Part shown: piece by piece, positions 19,436 to 29,400 of the stretch
Numbering within the stretch: position 1 is the stretch's first letter
Layout of the letters: each line of letters opens with the position of its first letter
Source of the DNA: a virus
Taxonomy: Duplodnaviria > Caudoviricetes
DNA length: 59,268 nt
Direction: 5' to 3' (one strand)
Virus record (IMG/VR): IMGVR_UViG_3300038456_000415
Span: 1 to 59,268 of that record
Program-made: the position numbers and the translations under genes
Notes under the pieces: generated by a model
Seen by the model: the letters and a program-made list of their open reading frames with translations, nothing else
Told to the model about the DNA's origin: nothing
Databases searched by the model: none

Positions 19436-19476
19436 AGACGCGTACCACCAACCTCACACAGAAAGGGTCTCCTCCC

Positions 19477-19917
19477 ATGTCGCTCGCAAACGGCTTTGAC
19501 CACAGTCCCCACACCCCCAAGGAGTACGAGGCTCATGACCGCAAGTTCCACCCCGAGAACGCACCCGCAAACGCGAAGCCGGTGAAGCTCGCCAAGGGCC
19601 CAAACGGGGCGGGTCTCAACGACAAGGGCCCGTTCAAGGACCTCGACAAGGAGTGGCGCGCCAAGATGGACGGCGGCAAGGACGAGGAGCTGCGTGGCGA
19701 GGCGAGCCAGGTGAGCCTCAACGAGGTCGCCAATCAGACGAACAAGGCCTCGGACATGGACCTCGCTGCAGCTAAGGCCGACGCGGTCGAGGCGGGCAAG
19801 CAGTACGCCGACGCCACGAAGGCGAACAAGATGAAGGTCCGGTACATCCGCGGCCTCCTCGAGGCCCGGGGCAAGGAGCCCTCGGCACACGACCTCGGCC
19901 TCGTCAGCAAGTCCTAG
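19477..19917 (+). CDS. Hypothetical coiled-coil protein
   Basis: Strong codon bias; own promoter. Confidence 0.7.
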   Translation: MSLANGFDHSPHTPKEYEAHDRKFHPENAPANAKPVKLAKGPNGAGLNDKGPFKDLDKEWRAKMDGGKDEELRGEASQVSLNEVANQTNKASDMDLAAAKADAVEAGKQYADATKANKMKVRYIRGLLEARGKEPSAHDLGLVSKS

Positions 19918-19931
19918 AGCTGGAGTGCGCG

Positions 19932-20300
19932 TTGCTCCTGGAGCCGAAGCCAGCAACACTGAAGAAGTACGGTCTGTCGCCAGAAGAGTGGCGGGCCATG
20001 GCCGACGCCCAGGGGCACGCGTGCTGGGTCTGCAAGCAGGAACCAACGAAGGGTCGGCTATGCGTGGACCACGAGCACATCAAGGGTTGGAAGAAGATGC
20101 CCCCGGAGCAACGCAAACTCTTCGTCCGGGGGCTCCTCTGTTTCCGCTGCAACACCACGTTCGTGGGACGTGGTGTTACCATGGAGAGGTCCAGAAGGGT
20201 GACCCTGTACCTGGAAGACTACGAGCTTCGCCGTCCAGTCATCCCACCGCCAGCACCAAAGAAGAAGAGGAAATCCAGTGAAGCTTTGCAGCACGTCTGA
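19932..20300 (+). CDS. Endonuclease VII family protein (candidate Holliday junction resolvase)
   Basis: KYGLS..W..M..Q..CWVC, VDHEH, VRGLLCFRCN; compact, no extra DNA-binding arm. Confidence 0.8.
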   Translation: MLLEPKPATLKKYGLSPEEWRAMADAQGHACWVCKQEPTKGRLCVDHEHIKGWKKMPPEQRKLFVRGLLCFRCNTTFVGRGVTMERSRRVTLYLEDYELRRPVIPPPAPKKKRKSSEALQHV

Positions 20301-20829
20301 TTGTGAAGGTAAACACTACGCCAAGGGGCTATGTGAAAAGCACTATCGTGCTAAACAGCACGACGAGCACCGCACGGAAAACAATGCTCGTGACAGAAGA
20401 CGATACGCCGAGCATCGCGAGGAAGAGAAAGCGAAAAGCGCAAAGAGACGTGCCCAAAACCCGGAGGCTGTGAGAGAGTGGTCTGCCAAAAGATACGCCG
20501 AAAAATCAGATACATTGAAGGAGTACGCCATTCAAAAGTACGCCCAAAACCCGGCTCGAGCCATACTGAAGAGCGCCCGCTCTCGTGCTAAGAAGGGGGG
20601 CTACTCACCCCCAGACATCCACGAGGCTGAACTTCGGGCAATGTTGGACGCCCCCTACCGGTGCTGCGCTATCTGCGAGACTACCAGAAATCTATGCCTT
20701 GACCACGACCACAGAACTGGGAGGGTTCGGGGGTTTCTTTGCAGAAAGTGCAATACTGGTGTAGGCTTATTTGATGACAACCATCGGCTTCTCGAGGCCG
20801 CTGCTAATTACGTTCATGTACGTCGATGA
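20278..20829 (+). CDS. Endonuclease VII-type homing endonuclease
   Basis: N-terminal CxxxxC..KGLCxxH; CAIC, LDHDH.TGRVRGFLCxxCN; low GC; just upstream of nrdJ. Confidence 0.85.
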   Translation: MKLCSTSDCEGKHYAKGLCEKHYRAKQHDEHRTENNARDRRRYAEHREEEKAKSAKRRAQNPEAVREWSAKRYAEKSDTLKEYAIQKYAQNPARAILKSARSRAKKGGYSPPDIHEAELRAMLDAPYRCCAICETTRNLCLDHDHRTGRVRGFLCRKCNTGVGLFDDNHRLLEAAANYVHVRR

Positions 20830-20841
20830 GGAGAAGCGAAA

Positions 20842-22488
20842 ATGAATGAATCGGCTTTTGCAAGGGCTATAATGGACCAAAAATACGCCCACGATACGGA
20901 AGAGGGCAAGGAGACATGGGAGCAGATTGCTCATCGTGTCCCAACCGCGGTACTGAAGGCTGTGGGTGCACCCAAGTCTCAGATTAAGGAGACCGAGGCC
21001 CTCATCTCCGCCAAGAGGTTCCTGCCCGGCGGTCGCTACTTGGCCGCGAGCGCCCGCCCCTTCCATCAGACCCAGAACTGCCTGCTCATGTCCGCCGAGG
21101 ACAGCCGCGAGGGCTGGTCGAACATCATGCACCAGTCCACCATGGGCCTCATGTCCGGGGCAGGCATCGGGGTCTGGTACGGGGACCTCCGGGGCGAGGG
21201 CCGTCCCATCCGCAAGACCGGTGGCTTCAGCTCCGGCCCGCTCGCGCTCATGCAGATGGTCAACGAGGCCGGCCGTTGGATTCGCCAGGGCGGTGACCGG
21301 CGCTCGGCCATCTGGGCGGGGCTCCCCTGGGACCACCCGGACATCATGAAGTTCATCTCCATGAAGAACTGGAGCGACGTGGTCCGGGAGATGAAGGCCA
21401 AGGACTACAACTTCCCCGCGCCCATGGACGGCACCAACATCAGCGTGGGCCTCGACGACAAGTTCTTCAGGGCCTATGCCGACGACAAGCACGAGCATCA
21501 CGCGCTCGCGCAGGGCGTGTACTGGTCGGTCGTCAGGCAGATGCTCAAGACCGCGGAGCCGGGCTTCAGCGTCAACACGGGCGCGAACCGCGGGGAGTGC
21601 CTGCGTAACGCCTGCACGGAAATCACGAGCAGGGACGACAGCGACATCTGCAACCTCGGAAGCATCAACATGGCCAACATCGAGAGCCTGGAGGAGATGC
21701 AGAGGTGCGTCGAGCTGGGCACGGCCTTTCTGCTCGCTGGCACCGTCTACTCGGACGTCCCTTATGGGAAGGTGGACGGCATCCGCACCAAGAACCGGCG
21801 CCTGGGCCTGGGGCTCATGGGCATCCACGAGTGGCTGCTCAAGCATGGCAAGCCCTACGGTCCCGACGAGGAGCTGGCCAAGTACCTCGAGATTTACGCC
21901 AAGAGCACCGAGGTCGCCGCCAAGTACGCCAAGGAGTGGGACCTCACCGCGCCCGTCAAGACGCGTGCCATCGCCCCCACGGGTACGATTGGGATTATTG
22001 CGGAAACTACAACCGGCATGGAACCCATCTTCTGCGTGGCCTACAAAAGAAGGTACCTGAAGGGGAACGTCATCAACTACCAGTACGTAATCGACCCCGC
22101 GGCTGCGCGTCTCATCGAGGGGGGCATTGCCCCGGAAGCCATCGAGGACGCGTACGTGCTCGCCGAGAACGTGGAGCGGCGCGTCGCCTTCCAGGCGTGG
22201 TTGCAGCAGTACGTGGACCACAGCATCAGCTCCACCATCAATCTCCCCGCGTGGGGCTCGGAGCTGAACAATGAGAGCCGGGTGCGTGAGTTCGGGGACA
22301 TGCTCATGAAGTACCTCCCTCAGCTCCGGGGCATCACCTGCTACCCTGACGGGGCCCGCGGGGGGCAACCCCTGACCCCTATCGCGTACAAGACCGCGGT
22401 GAAGCACACGGGCGAGGTCTTCTCCGAGGTCGTGCTCGAGCAGGCCGACGTCTGCGACATTACAAAAGGCGGAAGCTGCGGGGCGTAG
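20842..22488 (+). CDS. nrdJ: Class II (adenosylcobalamin-dependent) ribonucleotide reductase
   Basis: PGGR, NC, NACTE (thiyl Cys), CNLGS, APTGT, SISSTIN, C-terminal C..C pair; no beta subunit in the window. Confidence 0.9.
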   Translation: MNESAFARAIMDQKYAHDTEEGKETWEQIAHRVPTAVLKAVGAPKSQIKETEALISAKRFLPGGRYLAASARPFHQTQNCLLMSAEDSREGWSNIMHQSTMGLMSGAGIGVWYGDLRGEGRPIRKTGGFSSGPLALMQMVNEAGRWIRQGGDRRSAIWAGLPWDHPDIMKFISMKNWSDVVREMKAKDYNFPAPMDGTNISVGLDDKFFRAYADDKHEHHALAQGVYWSVVRQMLKTAEPGFSVNTGANRGECLRNACTEITSRDDSDICNLGSINMANIESLEEMQRCVELGTAFLLAGTVYSDVPYGKVDGIRTKNRRLGLGLMGIHEWLLKHGKPYGPDEELAKYLEIYAKSTEVAAKYAKEWDLTAPVKTRAIAPTGTIGIIAETTTGMEPIFCVAYKRRYLKGNVINYQYVIDPAAARLIEGGIAPEAIEDAYVLAENVERRVAFQAWLQQYVDHSISSTINLPAWGSELNNESRVREFGDMLMKYLPQLRGITCYPDGARGGQPLTPIAYKTAVKHTGEVFSEVVLEQADVCDITKGGSCGA

Positions 22489-22490
22489 GC

Positions 22491-22501
22491 TGTGGTATAG
22501 T
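22491..22501 (+). promoter_or_regulatory. Promoter TGTGGTATAGT
   Basis: Exact consensus; ATG 7 nt downstream. Confidence 0.75.
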
Positions 22502-22508
22502 ACTTGCC

Positions 22509-23678
22509 ATGGCCGATACCTTCGATTTTGAAAGCGAGTACGAGAGCGAGGCGGACACCCTGGATGGGGCTCCTCCGCGCCAGATTGTTGACGAGGAAGC
22601 TGCCGTAAAGAGGCATCTTTACTCCAGCCACAGGACCGTCACGCGCGCCGACGGCACCCCCATCATCGCCGAGGAATCCGCGCAGGCCAAGTTCGAGCGC
22701 CAGCAGCGCGAGACCGCGCGACGCGCCGCCAGAGCCGCGGCCGCCCAGGCCGTCAAGACCACAATCACCGAGGACTTCTCCGGGGAGGAAGCCGGGGACG
22801 CCGCCGACCCCATGGACGAGGCCCTGAATGACCTCACGGAACAGCGGCGGGCCATCGAGGCCACCCTGACCGAGGCGGAGAAGCGCTTCGATAAGGCCAA
22901 GTATTACAAGCTCATCCTCAGCAACCCCCTCATCAACGACAGCAGCGAGGCCGGCCAGGAGGTCGAGGCCGAAATTCGGACCTTCGCGCAGGAGCGTTTC
23001 GAGGTGTTCCTGGGCATGCGCGCCGAGCGCGAGGAGGCATCCGCGGCAGCACTCCCCTCAGCCTTTCGCGAGTGGGAGCCCGAGGACTTCCAGACCCTGC
23101 AGGCGCTCATCCGCCGCATCCGCCAGAAGCCGGAGCTGTCCCAGGGCCCAGCTGCGCCCCCCCCCCACCCCCCCCACAAACCCCGGAGCAACCACAAGTC
23201 GGGCAAACCCGAGCCTCGCGTCAACCCCATCCAGGCCCAGCCGCGTCCCCAGTCCACCAAGGTCGTCGCCGCAAAGACCGTGACCAAGAAGAAGGGGCCG
23301 CCCCCCAAGCCCGGGAAGCGCATCCTCAAGGCCCTGGTGAACCCCATGGACGGGAAGCCGGTCATGAACTCCTTCACGGGCAAGCAGGCCACCCAGGACA
23401 TCACCCCCCAGGTGGCGCCGACTACGGAGAGCCCCTACCAACCCATCCCCATGCCCCAGGGGCGCGACGCCATCGAGATGATGCACGCCTCCAAGGCGCA
23501 GGAGGGTGCCAACATGGCCGCAGCGGCGCTCGCCAAGGCAGGAAAGTCGGGTATCAAACTCCGTACCGCCATCGCCTATTCCCAGCTCACGGGCTCCGAG
23601 GGCAATGTCGTCTTCGACGGCGCCTCGCACGTGCATGACCCCATGTCCTCGGTCACGGTCCCCGAGGACCTCAAGTAG
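22509..23678 (+). CDS. Hypothetical protein (acidic N-terminus, Pro/Lys-rich linker)
   Basis: 389-aa ORF with codon bias; contains a C10-A-C8 tract. Confidence 0.75.
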   Translation: MADTFDFESEYESEADTLDGAPPRQIVDEEAAVKRHLYSSHRTVTRADGTPIIAEESAQAKFERQQRETARRAARAAAAQAVKTTITEDFSGEEAGDAADPMDEALNDLTEQRRAIEATLTEAEKRFDKAKYYKLILSNPLINDSSEAGQEVEAEIRTFAQERFEVFLGMRAEREEASAAALPSAFREWEPEDFQTLQALIRRIRQKPELSQGPAAPPPHPPHKPRSNHKSGKPEPRVNPIQAQPRPQSTKVVAAKTVTKKKGPPPKPGKRILKALVNPMDGKPVMNSFTGKQATQDITPQVAPTTESPYQPIPMPQGRDAIEMMHASKAQEGANMAAAALAKAGKSGIKLRTAIAYSQLTGSEGNVVFDGASHVHDPMSSVTVPEDLK

Positions 23679-23679
23679 T

Positions 23680-23690
23680 TGTGGTATAGT
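23680..23690 (+). promoter_or_regulatory. Promoter TGTGGTATAGT
   Basis: Exact consensus, intergenic. Confidence 0.75.
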
Positions 23691-23743
23691 AGCGACCGAG
23701 GACCCTCTTCACCCCAACAAACCCTCACCAAGGAGAAATCAAC

Positions 23744-24367
23744 ATGAGCCTGGAAAGTCAGCTGTCAATCAAAAAGCGCGTCAAGTCGGCCACGGAGCGT
23801 ATCGAGGCCATCGAGGCCGAGGTACCGCGCCTCATCGCTGGCGTGAACAACGGGTTCTCGAACCTCGAGACGCGTCTCAACGAAATCACGGAAATCCTCA
23901 ACGCCATCTCCCAGTTGCATGGCGAGACCGAGGTGAGCGCGAAGGTTGCCGAGAATCGCGTCGCCCGGGCCGAACAGGTTGCCAACTCCCATAAGGAGGG
24001 GCTCGAGAAGGCCGTCGCCGATGGACGTGTCGTCACCGCGGCCGTCATTGGCCCGAAGTCGGTTGTGGTCTGCAAAGAGACCGACAAGGACGGCAACGCC
24101 ACCTCCCCAGGTCGGGTGCAGCTGGAGTTCGCGCAGATTCGGCCCAACTTCCAGGAGAAGTTCCTCGGAAGTGCGACCGGCGTGAAGGTTGAGGCCCCGA
24201 ACGGGAACATTCTCGAGGTCGTGGAAATCTACGACCCCGTGGACCCGCCCCCGCAGGCAGCCAACTCCGATGCAGCTCCGGCCGCGGATGCTGCAGCGCC
24301 GGTAGCCCCGGCCGCTGACCCGACGCCAACGGACGCCTCCGCCACCCAGCCCTCGGCGCAAGCGTAA
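23744..24367 (+). CDS. Coiled-coil protein with possible GreA-CTD/FKBP-like domain
   Basis: AAGGAG RBS; C-terminal FQEKFLG...GVKVEAPNGNILEVVEI resembles that fold (tentative). Confidence 0.5.
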   Translation: MSLESQLSIKKRVKSATERIEAIEAEVPRLIAGVNNGFSNLETRLNEITEILNAISQLHGETEVSAKVAENRVARAEQVANSHKEGLEKAVADGRVVTAAVIGPKSVVVCKETDKDGNATSPGRVQLEFAQIRPNFQEKFLGSATGVKVEAPNGNILEVVEIYDPVDPPPQAANSDAAPAADAAAPVAPAADPTPTDASATQPSAQA

Positions 24368-25543
24368 ATGAGCCGCCCACCAGCCATGACCAGGGCCGAG
24401 AAGCAGGAATACGAGGCCGAAGCACGGGAAGGGGTGATGGGCGCCGCTCTCGCCGAGCGGCATAAGGTGGCAGCTGCCACCGAACGTCACAGACAGGATA
24501 CGTCCCGGAACCGTGTGGTGGCCCTGGCCCTCACACGGGACCGGGTGTTCCTGGAACAGTTCGAGGAGGTGTGTAGGGCGTTCATCAAGCCCGCAACCCC
24601 TCGTGGGTACGCGCTCAAGAAGGCCTCAGGCAAGCCGGCCAAGCGGGTGCTCAACCTCCTGCTCTCGGACCTGCACTTCGGGTCAGACCTCGACCCCTCG
24701 GAGGGGCTCCAGCTCTTCGACGCCCACGTCGAGGCCCGTCGGCTGGCCTGGGTCATTCTCCAGGCCGCGGAGTTCAAGCGTGACCACCGCGCCGAGACCG
24801 AGCTTCACGTCCACCTCATCGGTGACATCATCCAGAACCAGCTCTTCGACGCCCGGGACGGGAAGCCTCTGGCCCAGCAGGTGCTCGCGAGCATGCAGTA
24901 CCTCGGCATGGCCATCGAGTTCCTGGCCCAGCACTTCCCCAAGGTCGTGGTTCGCTGCACGCCAGGCAATCACGGGCGCAACAAGGCCCGCCACATGCAG
25001 CGCGCCACGCTGCAGAAGTGGGACGCCATCGAGACCGACGTCTACGCCGGTGCCCGCGCCTGGTGCCGGACCCTCAAGAACGTGGAGTTCCACATCCCCA
25101 AGACGCCCTACTACAAGGTCGACTACTGGGGGAAGAAGGCGTTCTTCACGCACGGGGACACCGTCATCGCCCCCGGAAATCCCGGGAAGAGCCTCAACGT
25201 GGGCTCGATGAACGCCCAGATTGACGCCCTCAACGCGCGCATCGTCAACCTCGGGGAGACACCCGAGCAGTTCAGCCTCGTGGCCGTGGGGCACGTGCAC
25301 ACGGGCTCGGTCACGCACCTTCCCAATGGGGGCGTCTTCCTCAGCAACGCGTGCCTCATCCCCCCGGATAGCTACGCGAACAGCATCGGCATCTTCTCGT
25401 GCACGTGCGGGCAGTGGCTGTGGGAAAGCGTGCCCGGGCACATCATCGGGGACCAACGCTTCATCACCATCGACCCCCAGGTGGACGACGACGCTAGCCT
25501 CGAGAACATCGTCGCTCCGTACCTCCCAGGCGATGAGCTTTAA
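24368..25543 (+). CDS. Calcineurin-like metallophosphoesterase
   Basis: SDLHFG, IGD, GNHG, THGD, GHVH. Confidence 0.85.
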   Translation: MSRPPAMTRAEKQEYEAEAREGVMGAALAERHKVAAATERHRQDTSRNRVVALALTRDRVFLEQFEEVCRAFIKPATPRGYALKKASGKPAKRVLNLLLSDLHFGSDLDPSEGLQLFDAHVEARRLAWVILQAAEFKRDHRAETELHVHLIGDIIQNQLFDARDGKPLAQQVLASMQYLGMAIEFLAQHFPKVVVRCTPGNHGRNKARHMQRATLQKWDAIETDVYAGARAWCRTLKNVEFHIPKTPYYKVDYWGKKAFFTHGDTVIAPGNPGKSLNVGSMNAQIDALNARIVNLGETPEQFSLVAVGHVHTGSVTHLPNGGVFLSNACLIPPDSYANSIGIFSCTCGQWLWESVPGHIIGDQRFITIDPQVDDDASLENIVAPYLPGDEL

Positions 25544-26006
25544 GGCCACAGCGGCGCGCATGACCTCTCATGAGGACGACGTGCTCGAGATGACTGCGCT
25601 CCGCTCGCGCATCGAGAAGGAACTCGGGGACGTCCGCGGGGTAGTCACGGGCTCCCTCAGCGAACTCGAAGGGGCGAAGGTGAATCTCCACCGCTCCCGG
25701 GAGCGCCTGGATGCTCTCCTCTCGGCTTTGCGCTTCATGAAGGACGAAGCCGACATCGTCAGCCTCTCTGAGTACCAGAAGGTGAGAACGCTCTTTGAAG
25801 ACAACAAGGGTCTTGTAGCCCAGTACGAGACCATCTCGGATGCGGCCAAGAAGAGGGGCTTCGCCGCCGCCGAATCCGTGAAGAAACTCGTTCAGCAGCT
25901 GACCGACCTCGAGGAGGCACTAGGTACCCATGGCAAAGTCCTCACCCTACCGCAGAGAGAGGTCATCGACGCCGAAGAAGAAAACGCAGACGATGACGAC
26001 GAGTGA
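25533..26006 (+). CDS. Hypothetical coiled-coil protein
   Basis: Heptad pattern; overlaps both neighbours. Confidence 0.65.
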   Translation: MSFKATAARMTSHEDDVLEMTALRSRIEKELGDVRGVVTGSLSELEGAKVNLHRSRERLDALLSALRFMKDEADIVSLSEYQKVRTLFEDNKGLVAQYETISDAAKKRGFAAAESVKKLVQQLTDLEEALGTHGKVLTLPQREVIDAEEENADDDDE

Positions 26007-26220
26007 GGCGCAAAAGAGAATCGCGTCCGACCCAGACTTCGTGAACCTGAAGCGCTACGGGTACAGCCTCGCCACCGTCATGTCCCAGTTCCCCGATGGG
26101 TGCCCGGACAAGGTCATCGCTGCCGCGCTCCTCATCACCGAGGACGATGTCCGCACCATGAAGGATGAAGTTGCCCTCAGGCTCCGGGAACTCATGAAGG
26201 TGGACGTGGACGATGGCTAG
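25993..26220 (+). CDS. Stand-alone sigma region-4.2-like HTH protein (75 aa)
   Basis: DGCPDKVIAAALLITEDDVRTMKDEVALRLRELM aligns by eye with the sigma-4 HTH pattern (GxTxxEIAxxLxITxxxVRxxxxxALxKLR). Confidence 0.6.
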   Translation: MTTSEAQKRIASDPDFVNLKRYGYSLATVMSQFPDGCPDKVIAAALLITEDDVRTMKDEVALRLRELMKVDVDDG

Positions 26221-26434
26221 CCCCAAGCAGGCCACACCTTGCGTTCACGACAGCGTCTCCTTCGACGCCAAGACCGGCACCTACTACATCACGTGCAACG
26301 TCTGCGCCGCGAAGTGGATGGCCGTGGTCGAGGGTGATGCCCCTCGTTACGAGGCCATGTTCCAGGGCTACGGGGTGAACGAAGAGCGGAGGTCGCCTTT
26401 TTACATCAAGCCTTTACCGAATCGTGTGAATTGA
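26213..26434 (+). CDS. Small Cys/His zinc-binding protein
   Basis: CVH...CNVC...W. Confidence 0.6.
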   Translation: MASPKQATPCVHDSVSFDAKTGTYYITCNVCAAKWMAVVEGDAPRYEAMFQGYGVNEERRSPFYIKPLPNRVN

Positions 26435-26442
26435 GGTATAGT
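26432..26442 (+). promoter_or_regulatory. Promoter TGAGGTATAGT
   Basis: One mismatch to consensus; contains the upstream stop codon; precedes dnaE. Confidence 0.7.
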
Positions 26443-26453
26443 AGCACCAAGCC

Positions 26454-29400
26454 ATGCTCAATTTCGTCTCACCCCACGTCCACCAGGCTAGCTTTGACAG
26501 CGGTTCGACGCCCAAGACGTTCCTCGACAGGGAACTCGAGCTGGGCACGGGCGCGCTCGTCACGACCGACCATGGCACCCTCCAGGCGGCGCGCGAGGTC
26601 TTCGACCTAGCCAAGGAGAACGGCCTCAACCCCATCATCGGACTGGAGGCTTTTTTTCGCGATGACGACTGCCCGCTCCTGAAGAAGGGCGGCTACATCA
26701 AGGGCACGCGCTACCGCAGCGTCAAGGACGGCAGCGTCAAGGACGCCGAGAAATGGGAGAAGCTCAGCGACAAGGACAAACTCGGGTACGTGCCCGAGAC
26801 TGGTTTCTTCAATTATTTTAAATATGCACACTTGACGATGCACTTCATGGATGCCGAGGCCTACGAGACGGGTGTGCGCCTGCTCAGCGCCGCTGACGCC
26901 CGGGCCGAGAAGCACGGGAGTGAGCGCAAGCCCCTCTTCGGGTGGAAGGAACTGGAGGAGCTGGGCTCGAAGAACGTCACCTTCGGCAGCGGGTGCCTCA
27001 TCGGCATGGTGCAGCGCCACATGCTGGGGAGCGGCAAGGGCTTCACGGCTGGCAACAACGCCCAGATGGCGCTCTGGTACTACCAGCGCCTGCGGTCCAT
27101 CGTGAAGCCGGGCAACTTCCTCGTGGAGGCGTTCCCACACGTGTGCGACCGCAACTGGGAGAGCAAGGTCGTCATCGACTACCAGGACGGCACCAGCGAG
27201 ACCTTCCCCGACTGGAAGAAGGTCAAGACCAACGAGGGCGAACTCAAGGCCGAGGCCCTCGCCGAGGTCTTCAACACCAAGGGTAGCAAGCACGAGACCC
27301 TCTTCGAGGTCATGGAGAACCGCGCCTGGGTGGTGCGCGAGGGCAAGGTCATGAAGGTCGTGCGTCACGACCAGGGCTACGTCCAGAACGAGTGCCGGCC
27401 CTGGTGCCCGAGCGGGGACGTGCAGAAGGACTGCAACCGCCTGGTCATGGACTTGGCGGCCATGCACGGTGACCCCGTGATGGTGAGCGACGACAGCCAC
27501 TACGCGCGCCCCGACGAGAAGGTCGTCCAGAACGTGCGCCTCAACTCGAACGGGAGCTGGCGCTTCTACGGCAGCCACCACCGGCAGAGCAGCGAGGAGA
27601 GCTTCGCCTACTTCCGGGACGTCATGGGCATCCCCGAGGCCACCTTCCAGAGCTGGGTCGAAAACAGCCACGCCTGGGCGGCACGCTTCAAGGACTTCAG
27701 CTTCAACACGCGCCTGAGCCTGCCCACGAAGTTCTACCCCGGGGACAACTTCGAGAGGGCCATGTCCCTCATCGCCAAGCACGGGCGCATGAACTGGGGG
27801 GACAAGGGGTACGTGGACCGCCTCGGCTCCGAGCTTCAGCTCCTGCACAAGAACGGCACCGTGGACCTGCTGCCGTACTTCTTCGTGGCAGAGGAGGTGT
27901 GCGACTTCTTCACGAAGAAGGGGCTGCTCACCGGCCCGGGCCGAGGCTCCGCCGCGGGCATGCTCTTCTCGTACCTGCTGAGTATCACGCACGTCGACCC
28001 CCTGAAGTACGGCCTCAGCCAGGAGCGCTTCCTGACCTTGGACCGCATCAAGGGCGGCAAGCTCCCGGACATCGACCAGGACCTGCAAAAGCACCAGCGC
28101 CACCTCCTCATCGACCCCGAGAGCGGGTGGCTGAAGTCCCGCTTCCCGGACCACTATTCGCAAATCAGCGTCGACACCAAGTTGTCCCTGCGCAACAGCG
28201 TCAAGGACGTGTCCCGCTTTACCGCCAAGGACGGGCGCGTGCCCGCAGCCGTCGAGGCGCTGACGAAGAAGTTCGCCAAGGCCCCGCAGGGCATCGAGGA
28301 CTACGACTTCGTGTACGGCTACGAGGACGCCGACGGCAAGCGCCAGCCCGGGAGCCTCGAGTGGGACAAGCCGCTCATGGAGTACGCCCGGAAGTACCCC
28401 CACGAGTGGTCCATCGTGGACCGCTGCCTGGGCATGGCCAGGAACAAGGGCCGCCACCCCTGCGCCTTCGTCATCACGAACGAGCCCATCGCGAACTTCA
28501 TCCCCATGATGAGGGTCAGCGACATCCAGGTCACCCAGTACACGGCCAAGAGCGTCGAGGCCGTCGGCGGGCTGAAGATGGACTATCTGGGGGTGAACTC
28601 CCTGGACGACATCGCCAACTGCATCAAGCTCATCCGCGAGAGCGTCTCCGACCCCAAGTGCGAGCACTGCCCCAGCGGCTTCTGCAGTGCCCACATCTTC
28701 AACGGGGAGCTGCATGACTATTACATCGACGGCAAGCCCGTGCCCTGGTTCCGGATAGTGCCCTTCAAGGGCAACTTCTACGACATCTGGGACCTGCCGC
28801 AGGACCAGGCCGTGTTCCGGGACATCTGCGAGGGCAGGACCGAGACCGTGTTCCAGTTCAACACCTCGAGCGCCAAGAAGTGGTTCAAGGAGTTCAACCA
28901 CGTGCGCTTCGTCGACGCCGACGGGGAGGTGCACAAGGCCCTCGACACCGACGAGGCCCTGGCCGCCTTCACGGCCCTGGACCGCCCCGGCCCCCTGGAC
29001 TACTACGTCGGCAGGGACGCGAACGGCGAGGGTGGCCACAACATGCTCGTCGAGTACGCGCGCCGCGCCTCCGGGCTGAAGCCCACGGGGAACATGCCCA
29101 TCCTCGACAAGCTCCTCCCGGAGACCCTGGGCATCATCGTCTACCAGGAGCAGCTCCAGCGCATCTTCCAGACCGTGGGGCAGACAACGCCCGCGCAGGC
29201 GGATGCGTTCCGGGTGCACATCAGCAAGAAGCAGATGGAGAAGGTCTACAAGGACAAGGCCCTCTTCATGCCCGGCGCCATCAAGGCCATGTCTGAGCAA
29301 GATGCGAGCAACCTCTGGGATTCGATGGAGACCTTCGGCAAGTATGGCTTCAACAAGAGCCACGCCGTGTGCTACGCCAGCAAGACGGGCTACGCGTGCG

